A stretch of DNA of 64,000 bases from Escherichia phage SP15: the sequence record AP019559, one strand, 5' to 3'. Both the position numbers and the translations under genes were made by a program. How positions within the stretch are numbered: the first letter of the stretch is position 1; the number at the start of each line of letters is the position of its first letter. Shown here piece by piece: positions 45,450-56,260 of the stretch. Below the pieces are notes generated by a model, which worked only from the letters and a program-made list of their open reading frames with translations, had not been told where the DNA came from and ran no database searches.

Positions 45450-45926
45450 TTACATCTCGGCCATTTCAGCTTCAGTAATAACTGTGTTACACAGTGCATC
45501 TACAGCTTCATTACCACTAATACCAGAATGCCCTTTAACCTTAATAAAGGTAGGATTAGTATTATGAAAGTTGATATACTGCTGTGTTAATTTAAATGCT
45601 TCCTGCCAAAGTTCTAGATTAAGAGGAACTTCACCATCTGCTTTCTTCCAGCCTTTCCTTTGCCAAGAAAACATCCAACTTTCCATACCATTTTTGCAAT
45701 AAGCAGAATCAGTATAGATAGCAATTGGTCTATTATCTTTTTTAACAGACCAACGTAGAGCTTCTATAATAGCTGTGAGTTCCATCTCATTATTTGTAGT
45801 TTTAGGATTATAACCAGATTTAGAACCTAAACGATCGTCGTTATCATCATAGACAATAAAACCCCAAGCACCTGGACCTGGATTAGACTTACAAGCACCA
45901 TCTGTGTAAATGTGGAAAACCGACAT
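45450..45926 (-). CDS. rnh: ribonuclease H
   Basis: 'IYTDGACKSNPGPGAWG' RNase H motif and 'KVKGHSG...NEAVD' C-terminal block. Confidence 0.8.
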   Translation of the reverse strand: MSVFHIYTDGACKSNPGPGAWGFIVYDDNDDRLGSKSGYNPKTTNNEMELTAIIEALRWSVKKDNRPIAIYTDSAYCKNGMESWMFSWQRKGWKKADGEVPLNLELWQEAFKLTQQYINFHNTNPTFIKVKGHSGISGNEAVDALCNTVITEAEMAEM

Positions 45927-46189
45927 TATTTTTCACCTTCTGTTACAACTCTAGTTTTTGGCGGAGTAGGAGGCATTGGTGGAACTCTTGGGTACTCTCT
46001 TTGTGGACCATTTGATGCTAAAGACGGCTCAGGAGGCTTAGGTTTTATAACCTCTAATTCCCTATCCAAGAATTCCTCTATTGCTCTATCTACAAAGTAG
46101 TCATAAGGTAAATGATAGTATTCTGATAGAGTAAGAAGTTTGTGTTCTTGCCTTTCTGTTAAATAAATTTTCTTTCTAAAGAGTCCCAT
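45926..46189 (-). CDS. hypothetical protein with Pro-rich C-terminus
   Basis: 87 aa. Confidence 0.5.
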   Translation of the reverse strand: MGLFRKKIYLTERQEHKLLTLSEYYHLPYDYFVDRAIEEFLDRELEVIKPKPPEPSLASNGPQREYPRVPPMPPTPPKTRVVTEGEK

Positions 46190-46283
46190 ATGTGTACCTC
46201 CAATTTATAAAATATATTATATTTAAATTTCACTAAATAAGCAAATGAAATTTAAATATAATAGCCCCGAAGGGCTATTTAAA

Positions 46284-47123
46284 TTAAGAAGACATTTTAG
46301 CTTTAAGAGCTGGATGCGGATCATATCCTTCAAGCTGGAAGGACCAAGCCGCAGTATTATTCTCTAATAAATCATAAAGGTCTACAAATTCTGGCATTAC
46401 TAGAGTTGGCAGATGACGTGGTTTACGTTTCAGTTGCTCCTCTACTTGCTCTATATGATCACTGTAAATGTGTGTATCTCCACCACTAAAGATGAGATAA
46501 CGAGGTTTTAGCCCAGTCAGTTTTGCCAGGATATGTGTTAATAAAGCATAACTAGCAATATTGAAAGGTAGGCCTAGAAAACAGTCTACAGAACGTTGTG
46601 TCCATTTAAGATCTAAGTATCCATCATTACTTACGTAGCACTGAAAACCATAATGACATGGTGGTAGTGCCATCTTATCCAGTTCAGCAACGTTCCATGC
46701 AGATACTAGGTGTCTACGACCATGTGGATTATTCTTGAGTCCCTCAATGAGTTCTAAAATCTGATCTCGTCCACCAAAGTTGCGCCATTGTTTACCATAT
46801 ACTGGTCCCAGATTACCCCTGTCATAACCCATGCTTATGGCTTGGTCTTCATAATTTGGAGTCCAGATAGTCCACTGTCCTTCGTCACGCCCAAATGTGA
46901 ATACTCGCAGATCATGGAGATTTGTAGATCCAGATAAAAACCATAAGAGTTCTCCAACTACCGATTTCCAAGCTAGACGTTTAGTGGTTACGGCAGGGAA
47001 CCCCTCACGTAGATCGAACTTAGCATAGGAATCAAAAATTGAAACTGTGCCTGTTCCTGTACGATCATTACGTGGTTCGCCTAGTAGAATTACATCTGTT
47101 AGAATTTTTAAATATTGTTGCAT
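46284..47123 (-). CDS. thyA: thymidylate synthase
   Basis: Blocks '...RLAWKSVVGELLWFLSG...', 'PCH' active-site Cys and 'GDTHIY'. Confidence 0.9.
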   Translation of the reverse strand: MQQYLKILTDVILLGEPRNDRTGTGTVSIFDSYAKFDLREGFPAVTTKRLAWKSVVGELLWFLSGSTNLHDLRVFTFGRDEGQWTIWTPNYEDQAISMGYDRGNLGPVYGKQWRNFGGRDQILELIEGLKNNPHGRRHLVSAWNVAELDKMALPPCHYGFQCYVSNDGYLDLKWTQRSVDCFLGLPFNIASYALLTHILAKLTGLKPRYLIFSGGDTHIYSDHIEQVEEQLKRKPRHLPTLVMPEFVDLYDLLENNTAAWSFQLEGYDPHPALKAKMSS

Positions 47124-47656
47124 TAATAAGTAACCAATTCCTGTACAAATCGCAGGCTGTTATCACTGTTTGCGCCAGTTGCGTAAACTAAACGAGTAGA
47201 TTCATAGTTGTAATCTAGAATCGTATTATCCAGATGTACATCTGCCTCTAGTTTTTGATTACTAAAGATTGTGGATACAAAAGCACTTTCGATATGTCCA
47301 TGAATGTACATTTCGTACAGTAATGTTGCGCCACCTAAAACCACTGTCTGTTGATCTTTTAAGAATGTAGGTAATGTATCCCCAATCTTAGAAATTGGAG
47401 TGTAAATATCATGTGTAATATCGTCTGGCAGTGGACGATCAGCACGAATAAATAGGTCAGAAGCTCCAATCATACGTTCTCTAACGGCGTATGGAAGAGC
47501 TAAATAAGTACCCGCACCAATGATGATGTTATCTGGATTCAACACGTCCAGTTGAGAATAGAAAGCATCTAGTTCTTCTTTGAAGGAACCCCATGGAAGT
47601 TTACCACGGAGGCCGAACTCTCCATTCGGCCCAACTGCGTACATTGCTGTAATCAT
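47123..47656 (-). CDS. frd: dihydrofolate reductase
   Basis: N-terminal 'MYAVGPNGEFGLRGKLPW' DHFR motif; overlaps thyA start by 1 nt. Confidence 0.75.
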   Translation of the reverse strand: MITAMYAVGPNGEFGLRGKLPWGSFKEELDAFYSQLDVLNPDNIIIGAGTYLALPYAVRERMIGASDLFIRADRPLPDDITHDIYTPISKIGDTLPTFLKDQQTVVLGGATLLYEMYIHGHIESAFVSTIFSNQKLEADVHLDNTILDYNYESTRLVYATGANSDNSLRFVQELVTY

Positions 47657-48798
47657 AAGAAATCTCCAAATTCATTACCCAGATCTTTCAGAGTATCAGT
47701 AGAGGTCTCAGTTACCTGACCTACACGGTAAGCTGCACCAATCTGGATTTCTTGTGGAGCAGGCTGTAAAGAAGTGGTATCCAACCAGTTCATGATCCAC
47801 GGAATAGGGTTTTTGGTGATTACTGGTAAATGACTAGGCCATTCTACACCAATGTGCATAAATGCATTACGCCCCACAAAGTACAGATATTCTTCTAGAA
47901 GTTCTGCATTCAAGCCAATCAGACTACGACCTTTGAAAATGAAATGACCCCATTCAATTTCAGTTTTCAGAGTTTTCAGGAGCTGTGCTGGTGCTTTAGC
48001 CACTGCTTCATCTACCAGATCTTTGTCAAACTGCTGGAACATAATCTGGATGATTGTTTTAGACATCTGAGTATGTAGGGCTTCATCTTTAGCAATCAAT
48101 TGCAGATTTTTAGCAATACCTTGCAGAATATCGTTCTCTGCTAACGCAAAGGTACATGCAAAGGATGCGTAAAACTGCATTGCTTCCAGACCATAGATAG
48201 CAAAGTAAGCGTCTAATAGTTTAGCCTGAGTTTCACGTTTAACTTCAGGGAACTCCGTTTCTGGGTATGTATTGTCGCCACGATGATCGCGTACTGCGAT
48301 GAAATACTGACCTAACTGGTATAGTTCATCGAATAGTTCAACAGAATCAGCGATGCGTGCGAATGCTTCTTGGTTTTTGGTTACAGAATCAATAAATTCT
48401 GCTGGATCAGTCAGAACATTACGAATAATATTGCTATAAGCACGACTATGCAGGTCTTCAAAATAGCTCCACTGTTTGAGCATACCTTCCAATTCTGGAC
48501 GACTTACAAGCGGCATAATAGCTGCTTCAGGGGCACGACTGATAAAGGAATCAGTTTGAGTCTGCCATGCTAAGTTCAGGAGTGTAATTTCCTGAATTTC
48601 ACGCGGGAGATTAGGCCATTGTTTCTTATCTGCTTCCAGACTGATTTCAGTTTCAGTCCAAAATTGAGAACGTTGCAGAAGTGCCAGACGTTCTAGTTCT
48701 GGATGTGCTACACGTACATAATCTGCGATACCGAGAGAATCTCCCAGGAAAAGGTCAGCGTTAGTATGATCCCAATTCAGGTTTAGTAAAGTAGTCAT
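47653..48798 (-). CDS. nrdB: ribonucleoside-diphosphate reductase beta subunit
   Basis: Di-iron ligand blocks 'EALHTQ', 'EGMLKQWSYFEDLH'; adjacent to nrdA. Confidence 0.85.
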   Translation of the reverse strand: MTTLLNLNWDHTNADLFLGDSLGIADYVRVAHPELERLALLQRSQFWTETEISLEADKKQWPNLPREIQEITLLNLAWQTQTDSFISRAPEAAIMPLVSRPELEGMLKQWSYFEDLHSRAYSNIIRNVLTDPAEFIDSVTKNQEAFARIADSVELFDELYQLGQYFIAVRDHRGDNTYPETEFPEVKRETQAKLLDAYFAIYGLEAMQFYASFACTFALAENDILQGIAKNLQLIAKDEALHTQMSKTIIQIMFQQFDKDLVDEAVAKAPAQLLKTLKTEIEWGHFIFKGRSLIGLNAELLEEYLYFVGRNAFMHIGVEWPSHLPVITKNPIPWIMNWLDTTSLQPAPQEIQIGAAYRVGQVTETSTDTLKDLGNEFGDFL

Positions 48799-48904
48799 TG
48801 ATTTTCCTCTTTCTCACTATTTCAGGAATATTATAGCAAATCTGATAGCGATTAGCAAGTAAAATTTCAAAGAAAAAGGAGACCCGAAGATCTCCTTGTT
48901 TTTA

Positions 48905-51235
48905 TTAAATAGTACAACCACCTGATGCACAACCGGCTGCTTCTTCTCCAGCACCACCACCATTTGCGGTGTTGAAGTTAGCATAATACCAAGTTTTCCA
49001 CCCGTATTTAACAGCAGTCATGAAATCACGAACTACTACTGGGCCAGGAATAATTTCATTCTCAAACTTGGTGTAGTCGTAGTACATATTCGTACTGATA
49101 GACTGACTGAAGAATTTCTGCATAGTTGCTACCCATTTGATCCACTCGATACGATCTACATCATAAGCCAGTTTATAGCTCATTAAAGTTTCCCAATCGG
49201 TTGCACCTGGAGCAATTGCAATTACTTTATTCACTGCACTACCCTTGATAGACACAATCTTACGAGGTGGTTCAATAGAGTTAGTAACCCCTAACAGAAC
49301 GGAAGAACTTTCTCCCGGCATCTGCGCAGTCAGAACAGAGTTACGCATACCATATTTCAGAATATCTGCACGTAGAGACTCCCAATCCATTTCTAGACCT
49401 ACGGATACCAGTTCATCAACAGTTTTCTTGTATGTGTCGATTACCAGAATTCCTTTAGATGGTTTAGTACGATCAAACCACTCACATGCACCCTGTTCTT
49501 TAGCTAGGCGTACAGAGGCTTTATGCAGGAAGTAAGACAGTTTTTCAGCCTCACGGTGAATCCAGTTACGGGCTTCAATACCTTCATAAGCCAGACCTTC
49601 TGCTGCCATTGCACCTGCTGCGTTCATCAGGCCAATACCAACATTACGACGTTTCTTAGCCGTATATTCCATAGTTGGGAACGGATAATCCTGAATTTCA
49701 ATAATTGTATCAACGAATTTCAGGAGGATGTAGCAAGTTTTTTCCCACTCAGCCAGAGATTCCATGCGTCCAAGTACAACACCACCTAAGTTACATAGAG
49801 ATACTTCACCAATATCCTCCGGCTTCATTTGATCAAGTTGTTCTTTTGTTTTATACAGTTCCGTGATATGGTGGAACGGGCGTGTAGGCTGAGTAATCTC
49901 AACACAAAGGTTTGTCATACGGATCGGATCAAGGAAATTACCGTGACGATTAGATTCCCCGATGTGATGCGCATACATACGTCCTGTTTCCATTCGGATA
50001 CGTAGCCAAGTATCTAGGATTTCTTTTGCAGAGACTTTAGGAGCTGCTGGAACTGTTTTTCCTTCGTGGTCGATCTTTGTAAGAGATGCCACACGTTTCT
50101 CCGCTGCCACGTAGATTTCTTCAAATTTAGCCTCGTCATCACTATAAAACGCTTCATGAACTTCTGGAGCATAGAAGTATGACATTAGCGTAATATCTTC
50201 GTTTTTAAGATAACGTTTTAACAAAAGATTGTTGAAGCTCAGAGAATAATCCATCTTATCGATTTTATTCTCATCTGTAGCACGTTGTTGCTTAACCTGC
50301 ATCAATTGAATGATTTCAGGGTCGAAGTATGGATAAGATACTGTAGCAGAACCACCACGAGTTTGCTGAGTATTGGCCTTTACTGAGCGGTCAATGTGTC
50401 GATAATATGGCAGTTTTCCGGAATGCGGGAATGCCCCATTTCGCACCGGATCAGCAATTGATCGGCTTTCAAGATGATACCCGATTCCCGCTCTGGCTGC
50501 GACCATTTTGAAGACGATGTGCTCGGCGGTGTCGATTGAATCCAACGTGTCAGTGGAATCCACGAGACAGCAACTAGCAAATCCACGGTCACTAGAGCGC
50601 AGACCAACCAGTGGCGGCGTAGGAACGTTGATTTTGTGGAGTGACATTGCGTTGTAGAGGTCGATTGCATCTAGAATTGTCCAGTTAGGTTGAGAAAGCA
50701 TCGCCATTGCCATACCCATGTAGGCAAACTGCGGGGTTTCATAAATTTCACCAGTGGCTATATTACGACGGGAATACTTATCAAAGAACTGCTTCAGCCC
50801 ACCACTAGTAAAAAGACGGTCACGATCATGGTCGATAACCTGATTCAGAGCCTCAAATTGCTCATCGGTAATCCATGCACTCATGTCTTCCCATGCACCT
50901 ACGCTAACCATGTGGTCATGGAAGAAGCGTAGAGAAGGCGGTTCGAAAGAGTCATAAAGGCGTTTACGCATTTGCGCAAGACGTAATTCCTTTGCTGGCA
51001 CATCGTATGCTGGGTTATCTTTGATAAGACTTTCAGCAGCTTTAATTAATGCGTCCATCAGAGTGTCGGAATCTACAACCCCTTTAGGTAGAGTTTTTTG
51101 AGCAGCCATAGTAATGGCGGACCAACTTACATCAACTGTTTTGCAACCATACTCTGCCCAACCATTGAGTTTTTCAGGAGCAAAGTCTTCTACAGTACCG
51201 TCACGTTTAATTACTTTTTCAATGCGATGGCTCAT
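48905..51235 (-). CDS. nrdA: ribonucleoside-diphosphate reductase alpha subunit
   Basis: Track ORF 48905..51340 trimmed to the ATG at 51235 (AAGGAAAG RBS, MSHRIEKVIKRDG ATP-cone start); class I RNR catalytic blocks. Confidence 0.85.
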   Translation of the reverse strand: MSHRIEKVIKRDGTVEDFAPEKLNGWAEYGCKTVDVSWSAITMAAQKTLPKGVVDSDTLMDALIKAAESLIKDNPAYDVPAKELRLAQMRKRLYDSFEPPSLRFFHDHMVSVGAWEDMSAWITDEQFEALNQVIDHDRDRLFTSGGLKQFFDKYSRRNIATGEIYETPQFAYMGMAMAMLSQPNWTILDAIDLYNAMSLHKINVPTPPLVGLRSSDRGFASCCLVDSTDTLDSIDTAEHIVFKMVAARAGIGYHLESRSIADPVRNGAFPHSGKLPYYRHIDRSVKANTQQTRGGSATVSYPYFDPEIIQLMQVKQQRATDENKIDKMDYSLSFNNLLLKRYLKNEDITLMSYFYAPEVHEAFYSDDEAKFEEIYVAAEKRVASLTKIDHEGKTVPAAPKVSAKEILDTWLRIRMETGRMYAHHIGESNRHGNFLDPIRMTNLCVEITQPTRPFHHITELYKTKEQLDQMKPEDIGEVSLCNLGGVVLGRMESLAEWEKTCYILLKFVDTIIEIQDYPFPTMEYTAKKRRNVGIGLMNAAGAMAAEGLAYEGIEARNWIHREAEKLSYFLHKASVRLAKEQGACEWFDRTKPSKGILVIDTYKKTVDELVSVGLEMDWESLRADILKYGMRNSVLTAQMPGESSSVLLGVTNSIEPPRKIVSIKGSAVNKVIAIAPGATDWETLMSYKLAYDVDRIEWIKWVATMQKFFSQSISTNMYYDYTKFENEIIPGPVVVRDFMTAVKYGWKTWYYANFNTANGGGAGEEAAGCASGGCTI

Positions 51236-51377
51236 TTGGCTTTCCTTTTTATAGTTATCAGGATTTAAGGAATATTTTACTTTATTATCGGTCATTAGGC
51301 AAATAAAATTTTCTGATAGAAAAGGCCCGAGTATTTTCATACCCAGGCCCTGTATATTACCAGTCTAGCTTTTTAGC

Positions 51378-51599
51378 TTATTCAATTACTTTAGCTCTAG
51401 CTACTTCTTTTAATAGAATATCTATGGAGGTGCTCAGCTCGTTATAATTGAATGGTTTATTTGGATTTGAGGTTACAATTTTCCACGCTAGGGTTGTCTT
51501 AGGACTTTCTTCCCCTTCCTTACGTGTAATCATATTAGCAGCACTCAGTGAAGTACGATGTATTTTAGTTTTACGGCTCAGATGAACGACGTTTCCCAT
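51378..51599 (-). CDS. hypothetical small protein
   Basis: Track ORF 51378..51650 trimmed to the ATG at 51599, directly after the phoH stop. Confidence 0.4.
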   Translation of the reverse strand: MGNVVHLSRKTKIHRTSLSAANMITRKEGEESPKTTLAWKIVTSNPNKPFNYNELSTSIDILLKEVARAKVIE

Positions 51600-51600
51600 A

Positions 51601-52362
51601 TTACACCTTCCCCATGTCTTTAAAGATGTCATAGAATGCTTTAGACTCAACAGAACGAACGTTATCCATCAATTCGATCATTGAGAATGGGGCATTTTCG
51701 TATTTCTCATAGACTTCCATAAGGAGTGCTAGACCTGAGTCACCTTTAATGTCTTTCTGAGCTATATCTCCGCAGATAATTAAACGGCAGTCTTGTCCTA
51801 CACGAGTTAGGAGACAAATCATTGCCTCAACGGAAATATTCTGAGCTTCATCGACAATTACATAGGAGTTGTTGAAAGTTCTGCCACGAGCATGTTCGAT
51901 AGCCAAAAATTTAATTTTCTGACGTTCGACATATCCCTTATAGGCATGTTCGCCGATGGCCCATTTCATACCATCAGCTATTGGCTCCAACCAAGGCTCT
52001 AGCTTTTCTGCTAGATCACCAGGAAGCATACCAAGAGACTTACCTAGAGGTTCATTAGGACGTACGAGGATCACTTGCTCAATATCTGAGTGAATGTCTA
52101 CGAGTTCCTGAGCTGCAAGAACGGACGGAATAAAGGTTTTACCAGTACCTGGCTCACCGATACCCACAGTCACTGTGTTGTTCTTGATCATATTGATATA
52201 TGATTTTTGCTCGCGGTTTTTACCTACTAGGGATTTAGCAACTGGGTTAGCGTAATCATTAGAAAAATCAGCCTGAATTACGTTATTCTCATACTTGTTG
52301 CCACGCTTTCTTGAACCATTGCGGTTCTCTCTTTTTTGACGTGCTTTTCCCATAAATAACAC
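51601..52362 (-). CDS. phoH: PhoH-like ATPase
   Basis: Walker A 'GEPGTGKT' and PhoH-like length. Confidence 0.8.
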   Translation of the reverse strand: MLFMGKARQKRENRNGSRKRGNKYENNVIQADFSNDYANPVAKSLVGKNREQKSYINMIKNNTVTVGIGEPGTGKTFIPSVLAAQELVDIHSDIEQVILVRPNEPLGKSLGMLPGDLAEKLEPWLEPIADGMKWAIGEHAYKGYVERQKIKFLAIEHARGRTFNNSYVIVDEAQNISVEAMICLLTRVGQDCRLIICGDIAQKDIKGDSGLALLMEVYEKYENAPFSMIELMDNVRSVESKAFYDIFKDMGKV

Positions 52363-52647
52363 TCCTATAGTGTACTTCGCTAACAGAGGATCAACAAAAA
52401 GATCTTGTTTATCAACTTACAAATATATTATACCAATATATACAGTAAAAAGCAACTACAATTTTAAATAAGCCTATGATATTGCATTTAAATAAAAAAT
52501 TTGCTTGCTTTTAACGTGAGATGTGTGATACTAGATAATCATTTTATATCGCGTGCACGAGTGCGTGATTATACAATTTTTAATAGAGATTGGCAAATAA
52601 AATTTTTTGACTCAGATCATGTTACAGAACTTTATAGTAAAATATTG

Positions 52648-52676
52648 TTGACATCCGCCCTCGAATGAGTTATAAT
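52648..52676 (+). promoter_or_regulatory. consensus sigma70-type promoter driving nrdD
   Basis: TTGACA, 17-nt spacer, TATAAT; AAGGAG RBS before the ATG at 52706. Confidence 0.75.
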
Positions 52677-52705
52677 AGTAGTCTTAGTTAGAGAAGGAGA
52701 GTATA

Positions 52706-54580
52706 ATGAATCGCAATGAAGAACTGAAGTATAAAGAAATGCAGGCGTTAATTAGAAACTGCAAAGAGATTATCGAAGGGTCAGCAGATGAAGAGCTGCT
52801 GTTTAATAATGCCAATAAACCCTCAGAACGTTTCCCTACACAAAGGGATATGCTTGCAGGTGAGTTGAGTAAGTATCTAATTCTAGAAGAAATGCCAATT
52901 CAGATTCGAAATGCTCATATGATTGGGGATATTCATTTCCATGATGCTGATTATGCTGCATTAGGCATGACTAACTGTTGCCTGGTAGCTCTGGAAGATA
53001 TGTTGAAGAATGGTATGAAGGTTGGTAATGCTGAAATTAGCACTCCAAACTCTATCACTACTGCGGCGGCTATCACTGCTCAGATTATCACTCAAGTTAG
53101 CTCCCATCAGTATGGCGGTACTTCTGTAGATCGCCTTGATGAAGTATTAGCCCCTTATGTTCGTAAATCCTATGACAAAAATCATGCGTTTGCAAAACGT
53201 TGGACTAAGGATGAAGCCAAAGCATCCGTAATGGCTACGGAGATGACTGAAAAAGAAGTCTATGATGCTTGTCAGGGTCTAGAGTATGAAATCAATACGA
53301 TGTTCAACTCTAATGGTCAGAGTCCGTTTATTACCTTTGGCTTTGGTCTGGGAACTTCTTGGGAGGCACGTCTAGTACAGAAAGCAATACTGAAAGTACG
53401 TATGGATGGTTTAGGTATCAATAAACGTACAGCTATCTTCCCGAAACTGGTATTTGTGCTTCGTGATGGCGTAAATATGAAACCAGGAGATGTTAATTAT
53501 GACATCAAGAAGTTAGCTATGAAATGTACTGCTGAACGTATGTATCCAGATTATATCAGCTATGACAAAGTTGTAGAAGTTACTGGAGACTACAAAGTTT
53601 CTATGGGCTGCCGTTCATTCCTAGCTGCTACAGAAGATGGTGAAACTGCCGGTCGTAATAACTTAGGTGTTGTTTCTGTAAACTTGCCTAGAATTGCTAT
53701 CGAAGCTGAAGGAAATATTGACCTATTCTTTGATTTGCTTGAGCTACGTGTGGATACAGCGTTAAAAGCATTGGAGTGGAGAGTTGATCGCTTAAAATAC
53801 ATTCAAGCTAAAGCTGCGCCCATCCTCTATATGTCAGGAGCCTTTGGACTGCGCTTGGAGCCTGATGAATATGTATTCGATCATTTCTATAACCGTGCTT
53901 CTGTATCTCTAGGGTATATTGGTTGCCATGAAATGCTACAGTTCATGTTTGGCAAAGATGTAGACACAATGTCCGAGACCTGCATCAAGTTTGTTCAGCG
54001 TGTATTGCAGTACATGCGGGATAGAGTAGATCAGAAGAAGGAAGAAACTAAGTTAGGTTATAGCCTGTATGCTACACCATCAGAGTCCCTGTGTGACCGT
54101 TTTTGTCGTCTAGACCGTGAATATTTCCCGGAGCATGAAGATATTCTGTCCAAAGGATACTACACTAACTCTCACCACCTTGATGTGGAACGTAAAGTTG
54201 CTCCTAACGTCAAATTTGATTATGAGTCTAACTTTACTCCTATTGCTTCTGGTGGGTGCATCTCCTATGTAGAATTACCGGATATGAAACGATTCCCAGA
54301 TGCACTGGAATGGGTTATTAATTATGCTGCTAGTAAGGTTCATTACTTCGGTATTAATACTCCAGTGGATTCTTGTGGTAAATGTGGATTCTTAGGTGAA
54401 ACAATAGCATCCGAAGATGGATTTAAGTGCCCTATCTGTGGTAATCATGACCCCGAAACTCTTGAAGTAACTCGCCGAGTTTGTGGGTATCTTGGAAATC
54501 CAGGTGCTCGTCCATTTAACCCCGGCAAACAGCACGAGGTGATGGGTAGAGTTAAGCATCAGGATATTCGAGCTAAGTAA
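52706..54580 (+). CDS. nrdD: anaerobic ribonucleoside-triphosphate reductase
   Basis: C-terminal 'CxxC...C' zinc ribbon and glycyl-radical motif 'RVCGYLGNPGARPFN'. Confidence 0.85.
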   Translation: MNRNEELKYKEMQALIRNCKEIIEGSADEELLFNNANKPSERFPTQRDMLAGELSKYLILEEMPIQIRNAHMIGDIHFHDADYAALGMTNCCLVALEDMLKNGMKVGNAEISTPNSITTAAAITAQIITQVSSHQYGGTSVDRLDEVLAPYVRKSYDKNHAFAKRWTKDEAKASVMATEMTEKEVYDACQGLEYEINTMFNSNGQSPFITFGFGLGTSWEARLVQKAILKVRMDGLGINKRTAIFPKLVFVLRDGVNMKPGDVNYDIKKLAMKCTAERMYPDYISYDKVVEVTGDYKVSMGCRSFLAATEDGETAGRNNLGVVSVNLPRIAIEAEGNIDLFFDLLELRVDTALKALEWRVDRLKYIQAKAAPILYMSGAFGLRLEPDEYVFDHFYNRASVSLGYIGCHEMLQFMFGKDVDTMSETCIKFVQRVLQYMRDRVDQKKEETKLGYSLYATPSESLCDRFCRLDREYFPEHEDILSKGYYTNSHHLDVERKVAPNVKFDYESNFTPIASGGCISYVELPDMKRFPDALEWVINYAASKVHYFGINTPVDSCGKCGFLGETIASEDGFKCPICGNHDPETLEVTRRVCGYLGNPGARPFNPGKQHEVMGRVKHQDIRAK

Positions 54581-54587
54581 GATAATC

Positions 54588-54625
54588 AGCCGGGTTGCTA
54601 GTCGACCTGGCTTTTATTTTATTTG
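54588..54625 (+). terminator. Rho-independent terminator after nrdD
   Basis: 8-bp stem AGCCGGGT/ACCTGGCT then TTTTATTTTATTT; abuts the next promoter. Confidence 0.55.
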
Positions 54626-54651
54626 CTTTCAGCCAAAAATTTATATATAAT
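54623..54651 (+). promoter_or_regulatory. T5 early promoter, P_N26-like
   Basis: TTGCTT, 17 nt, TATAAT, then ATAAATTTGAGAGGAG; near-duplicate of the 62066 promoter. Confidence 0.7.
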
Positions 54652-54679
54652 AGATTTATAAATTTGAGAGGAGAAAGAT

Positions 54680-55060
54680 ATGGAATTAAAGCCCTATATA
54701 GTTGAGTCTACGTGTGGTAGTTTCCATCTGGGCGTGGATGATATTGCTGAAGCTGTCTTTGCTGCCACAGGTGATTACTCGCATATAGAGGGTGTTGCAT
54801 ACCCTACCATTATTGGCGATTGGGTGGGAACAAATCTAGATGTATCGCCTTATAACCCATATTGCTTGTTTGATGAAGACAGAGATGAAGTAAAATGTAA
54901 TCTTGAATTTGTGTATAATAGAGTGTTAAAAGTATACCAACGTAGCCCCAATGGATACGAAGATATTACTTGGAGTATTAAACAGTATCTTAAAGATGTA
55001 TACTCTAGTTTTTCTGACGAAGACCTAGAAACAGTTGCAGTGGAGTTTAATAATGACTAA
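54680..55060 (+). CDS. hypothetical acidic protein
   Basis: 126 aa, first gene after the promoter. Confidence 0.5.
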   Translation: MELKPYIVESTCGSFHLGVDDIAEAVFAATGDYSHIEGVAYPTIIGDWVGTNLDVSPYNPYCLFDEDRDEVKCNLEFVYNRVLKVYQRSPNGYEDITWSIKQYLKDVYSSFSDEDLETVAVEFNND

Positions 55061-55259
55061 GAATGTAAAACATCTTAAATATCGCTTAATTTATAACGGA
55101 CGTATGGAAACAGAAGATCTGGCCCAGTTAGCTATTAATTCTAATGAGGTTACAGTGCGTGCGCTGGCAATTGAAAAGTTGCGTGCCTCTTATGAAAATC
55201 GTGTTATGGAACTAGAGGAGAAACTTTATGGCATTCTCGAAGCCGATGCTACCAGATAA
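55053..55259 (+). CDS. hypothetical protein
   Basis: Track ORF 55035..55259 trimmed to the ATG at 55053. Confidence 0.45.
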   Translation: MTKNVKHLKYRLIYNGRMETEDLAQLAINSNEVTVRALAIEKLRASYENRVMELEEKLYGILEADATR

Positions 55260-55449
55260 GGGTTTAAACGCCGCTTTGGAAAACGCATTAATGCAGCACT
55301 GGGAAACTGGCTATAAGGATGGTGTTGAATCCTGCGCTACTATGCTAGAAGTTATTGCTAATACCTTAATGGAGAAAGGCAATAAAGAATTAGCTGAGCT
55401 ATTAGACAGTATTGGGCAAAACTTCAGAGAACAGGTGAAAAATGCGTAG
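55228..55449 (+). CDS. hypothetical protein
   Basis: 73 aa; start may be the internal ATG at 55246. Confidence 0.45.
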   Translation: MAFSKPMLPDKGLNAALENALMQHWETGYKDGVESCATMLEVIANTLMEKGNKELAELLDSIGQNFREQVKNA

Positions 55450-56260
55450 ATTAATTATTATTAGCGGTGCAGGTTTGAGTGTTGAAAGTGGTGTACGAGC
55501 TTTTCGTACTGATACTGCTAGTGGTAAAGCATTGTGGGATGATTATGATCTAGAAGAAGTATGTAATATTCATGCCTTTCGTGGTAATTTTTATCATAAA
55601 ACCCATATGTTTTACAACAAGCGTCGTGAAGAGCTAAAAACTGTTGAACCTAATCTTGCTCATTTGCGTATTGGTGAGTGGTATAAACAATATCCAGGTC
55701 AAGTAGTAAACTTGACTACCAACGTTGATGACCTTATTGAGCGTGCTGGCGTTCCACATAGTGACATTCTGCACATTCATGGGTACTTAAAAGAGGTTGT
55801 TGTGGCTGATAGTCACAATAGTAGTAATAAACGAGTTATTGATGTAGGATACAATTCTATTGATCCAGATGACTATAAATGGGTTAAACCTAATGTAATC
55901 TTCTTTGGGGAGCATGCTCCAGCATATGCAGAAATGTACAATATTTTTGATGGTATTACCAATCAAGATATGATCATTGTGGTTGGTTGCTCTAACCAAG
56001 TAATTAACTTCTACTGGGAATTATTTCCTATTCTTAACCGTACTGCTGCCAAGCTAATGGTAGTTAACTACTATGATAGTGCCCTAGCGGCAGAACCAGG
56101 CTATCAAGGTATGACTCGTAGTGAGATGTACCAGCTGGAAGAACGCGGTATCCCTTACTGGAGTAAAGGGGCTGTAGATGCCTTCAGTGATCCTGATTTT
56201 ATTGCTCGTGTAGAAGCTCATCTAGAGGGTAGACCTTATGTGTCAGGAAGTAAGAAATAA
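55442..56260 (+). CDS. Sir2-family NAD-dependent deacetylase / ADP-ribosyltransferase-like protein
   Basis: 'ISGAGLSVESGVRAFR' (GAGxSxxxG...FR), 'TTNVDDLIERAG', 'HIHG' Sir2 blocks. Confidence 0.7.
   Translation: MRRLIIISGAGLSVESGVRAFRTDTASGKALWDDYDLEEVCNIHAFRGNFYHKTHMFYNKRREELKTVEPNLAHLRIGEWYKQYPGQVVNLTTNVDDLIERAGVPHSDILHIHGYLKEVVVADSHNSSNKRVIDVGYNSIDPDDYKWVKPNVIFFGEHAPAYAEMYNIFDGITNQDMIIVVGCSNQVINFYWELFPILNRTAAKLMVVNYYDSALAAEPGYQGMTRSEMYQLEERGIPYWSKGAVDAFSDPDFIARVEAHLEGRPYVSGSKK

Noticed and set aside
49245-50932. Antisense ORFs inside nrdA (49245..49535, 49523..49789, 50380..50670, 50690..50932)
   Set aside because: Embedded in a well-supported RNR alpha-subunit gene.
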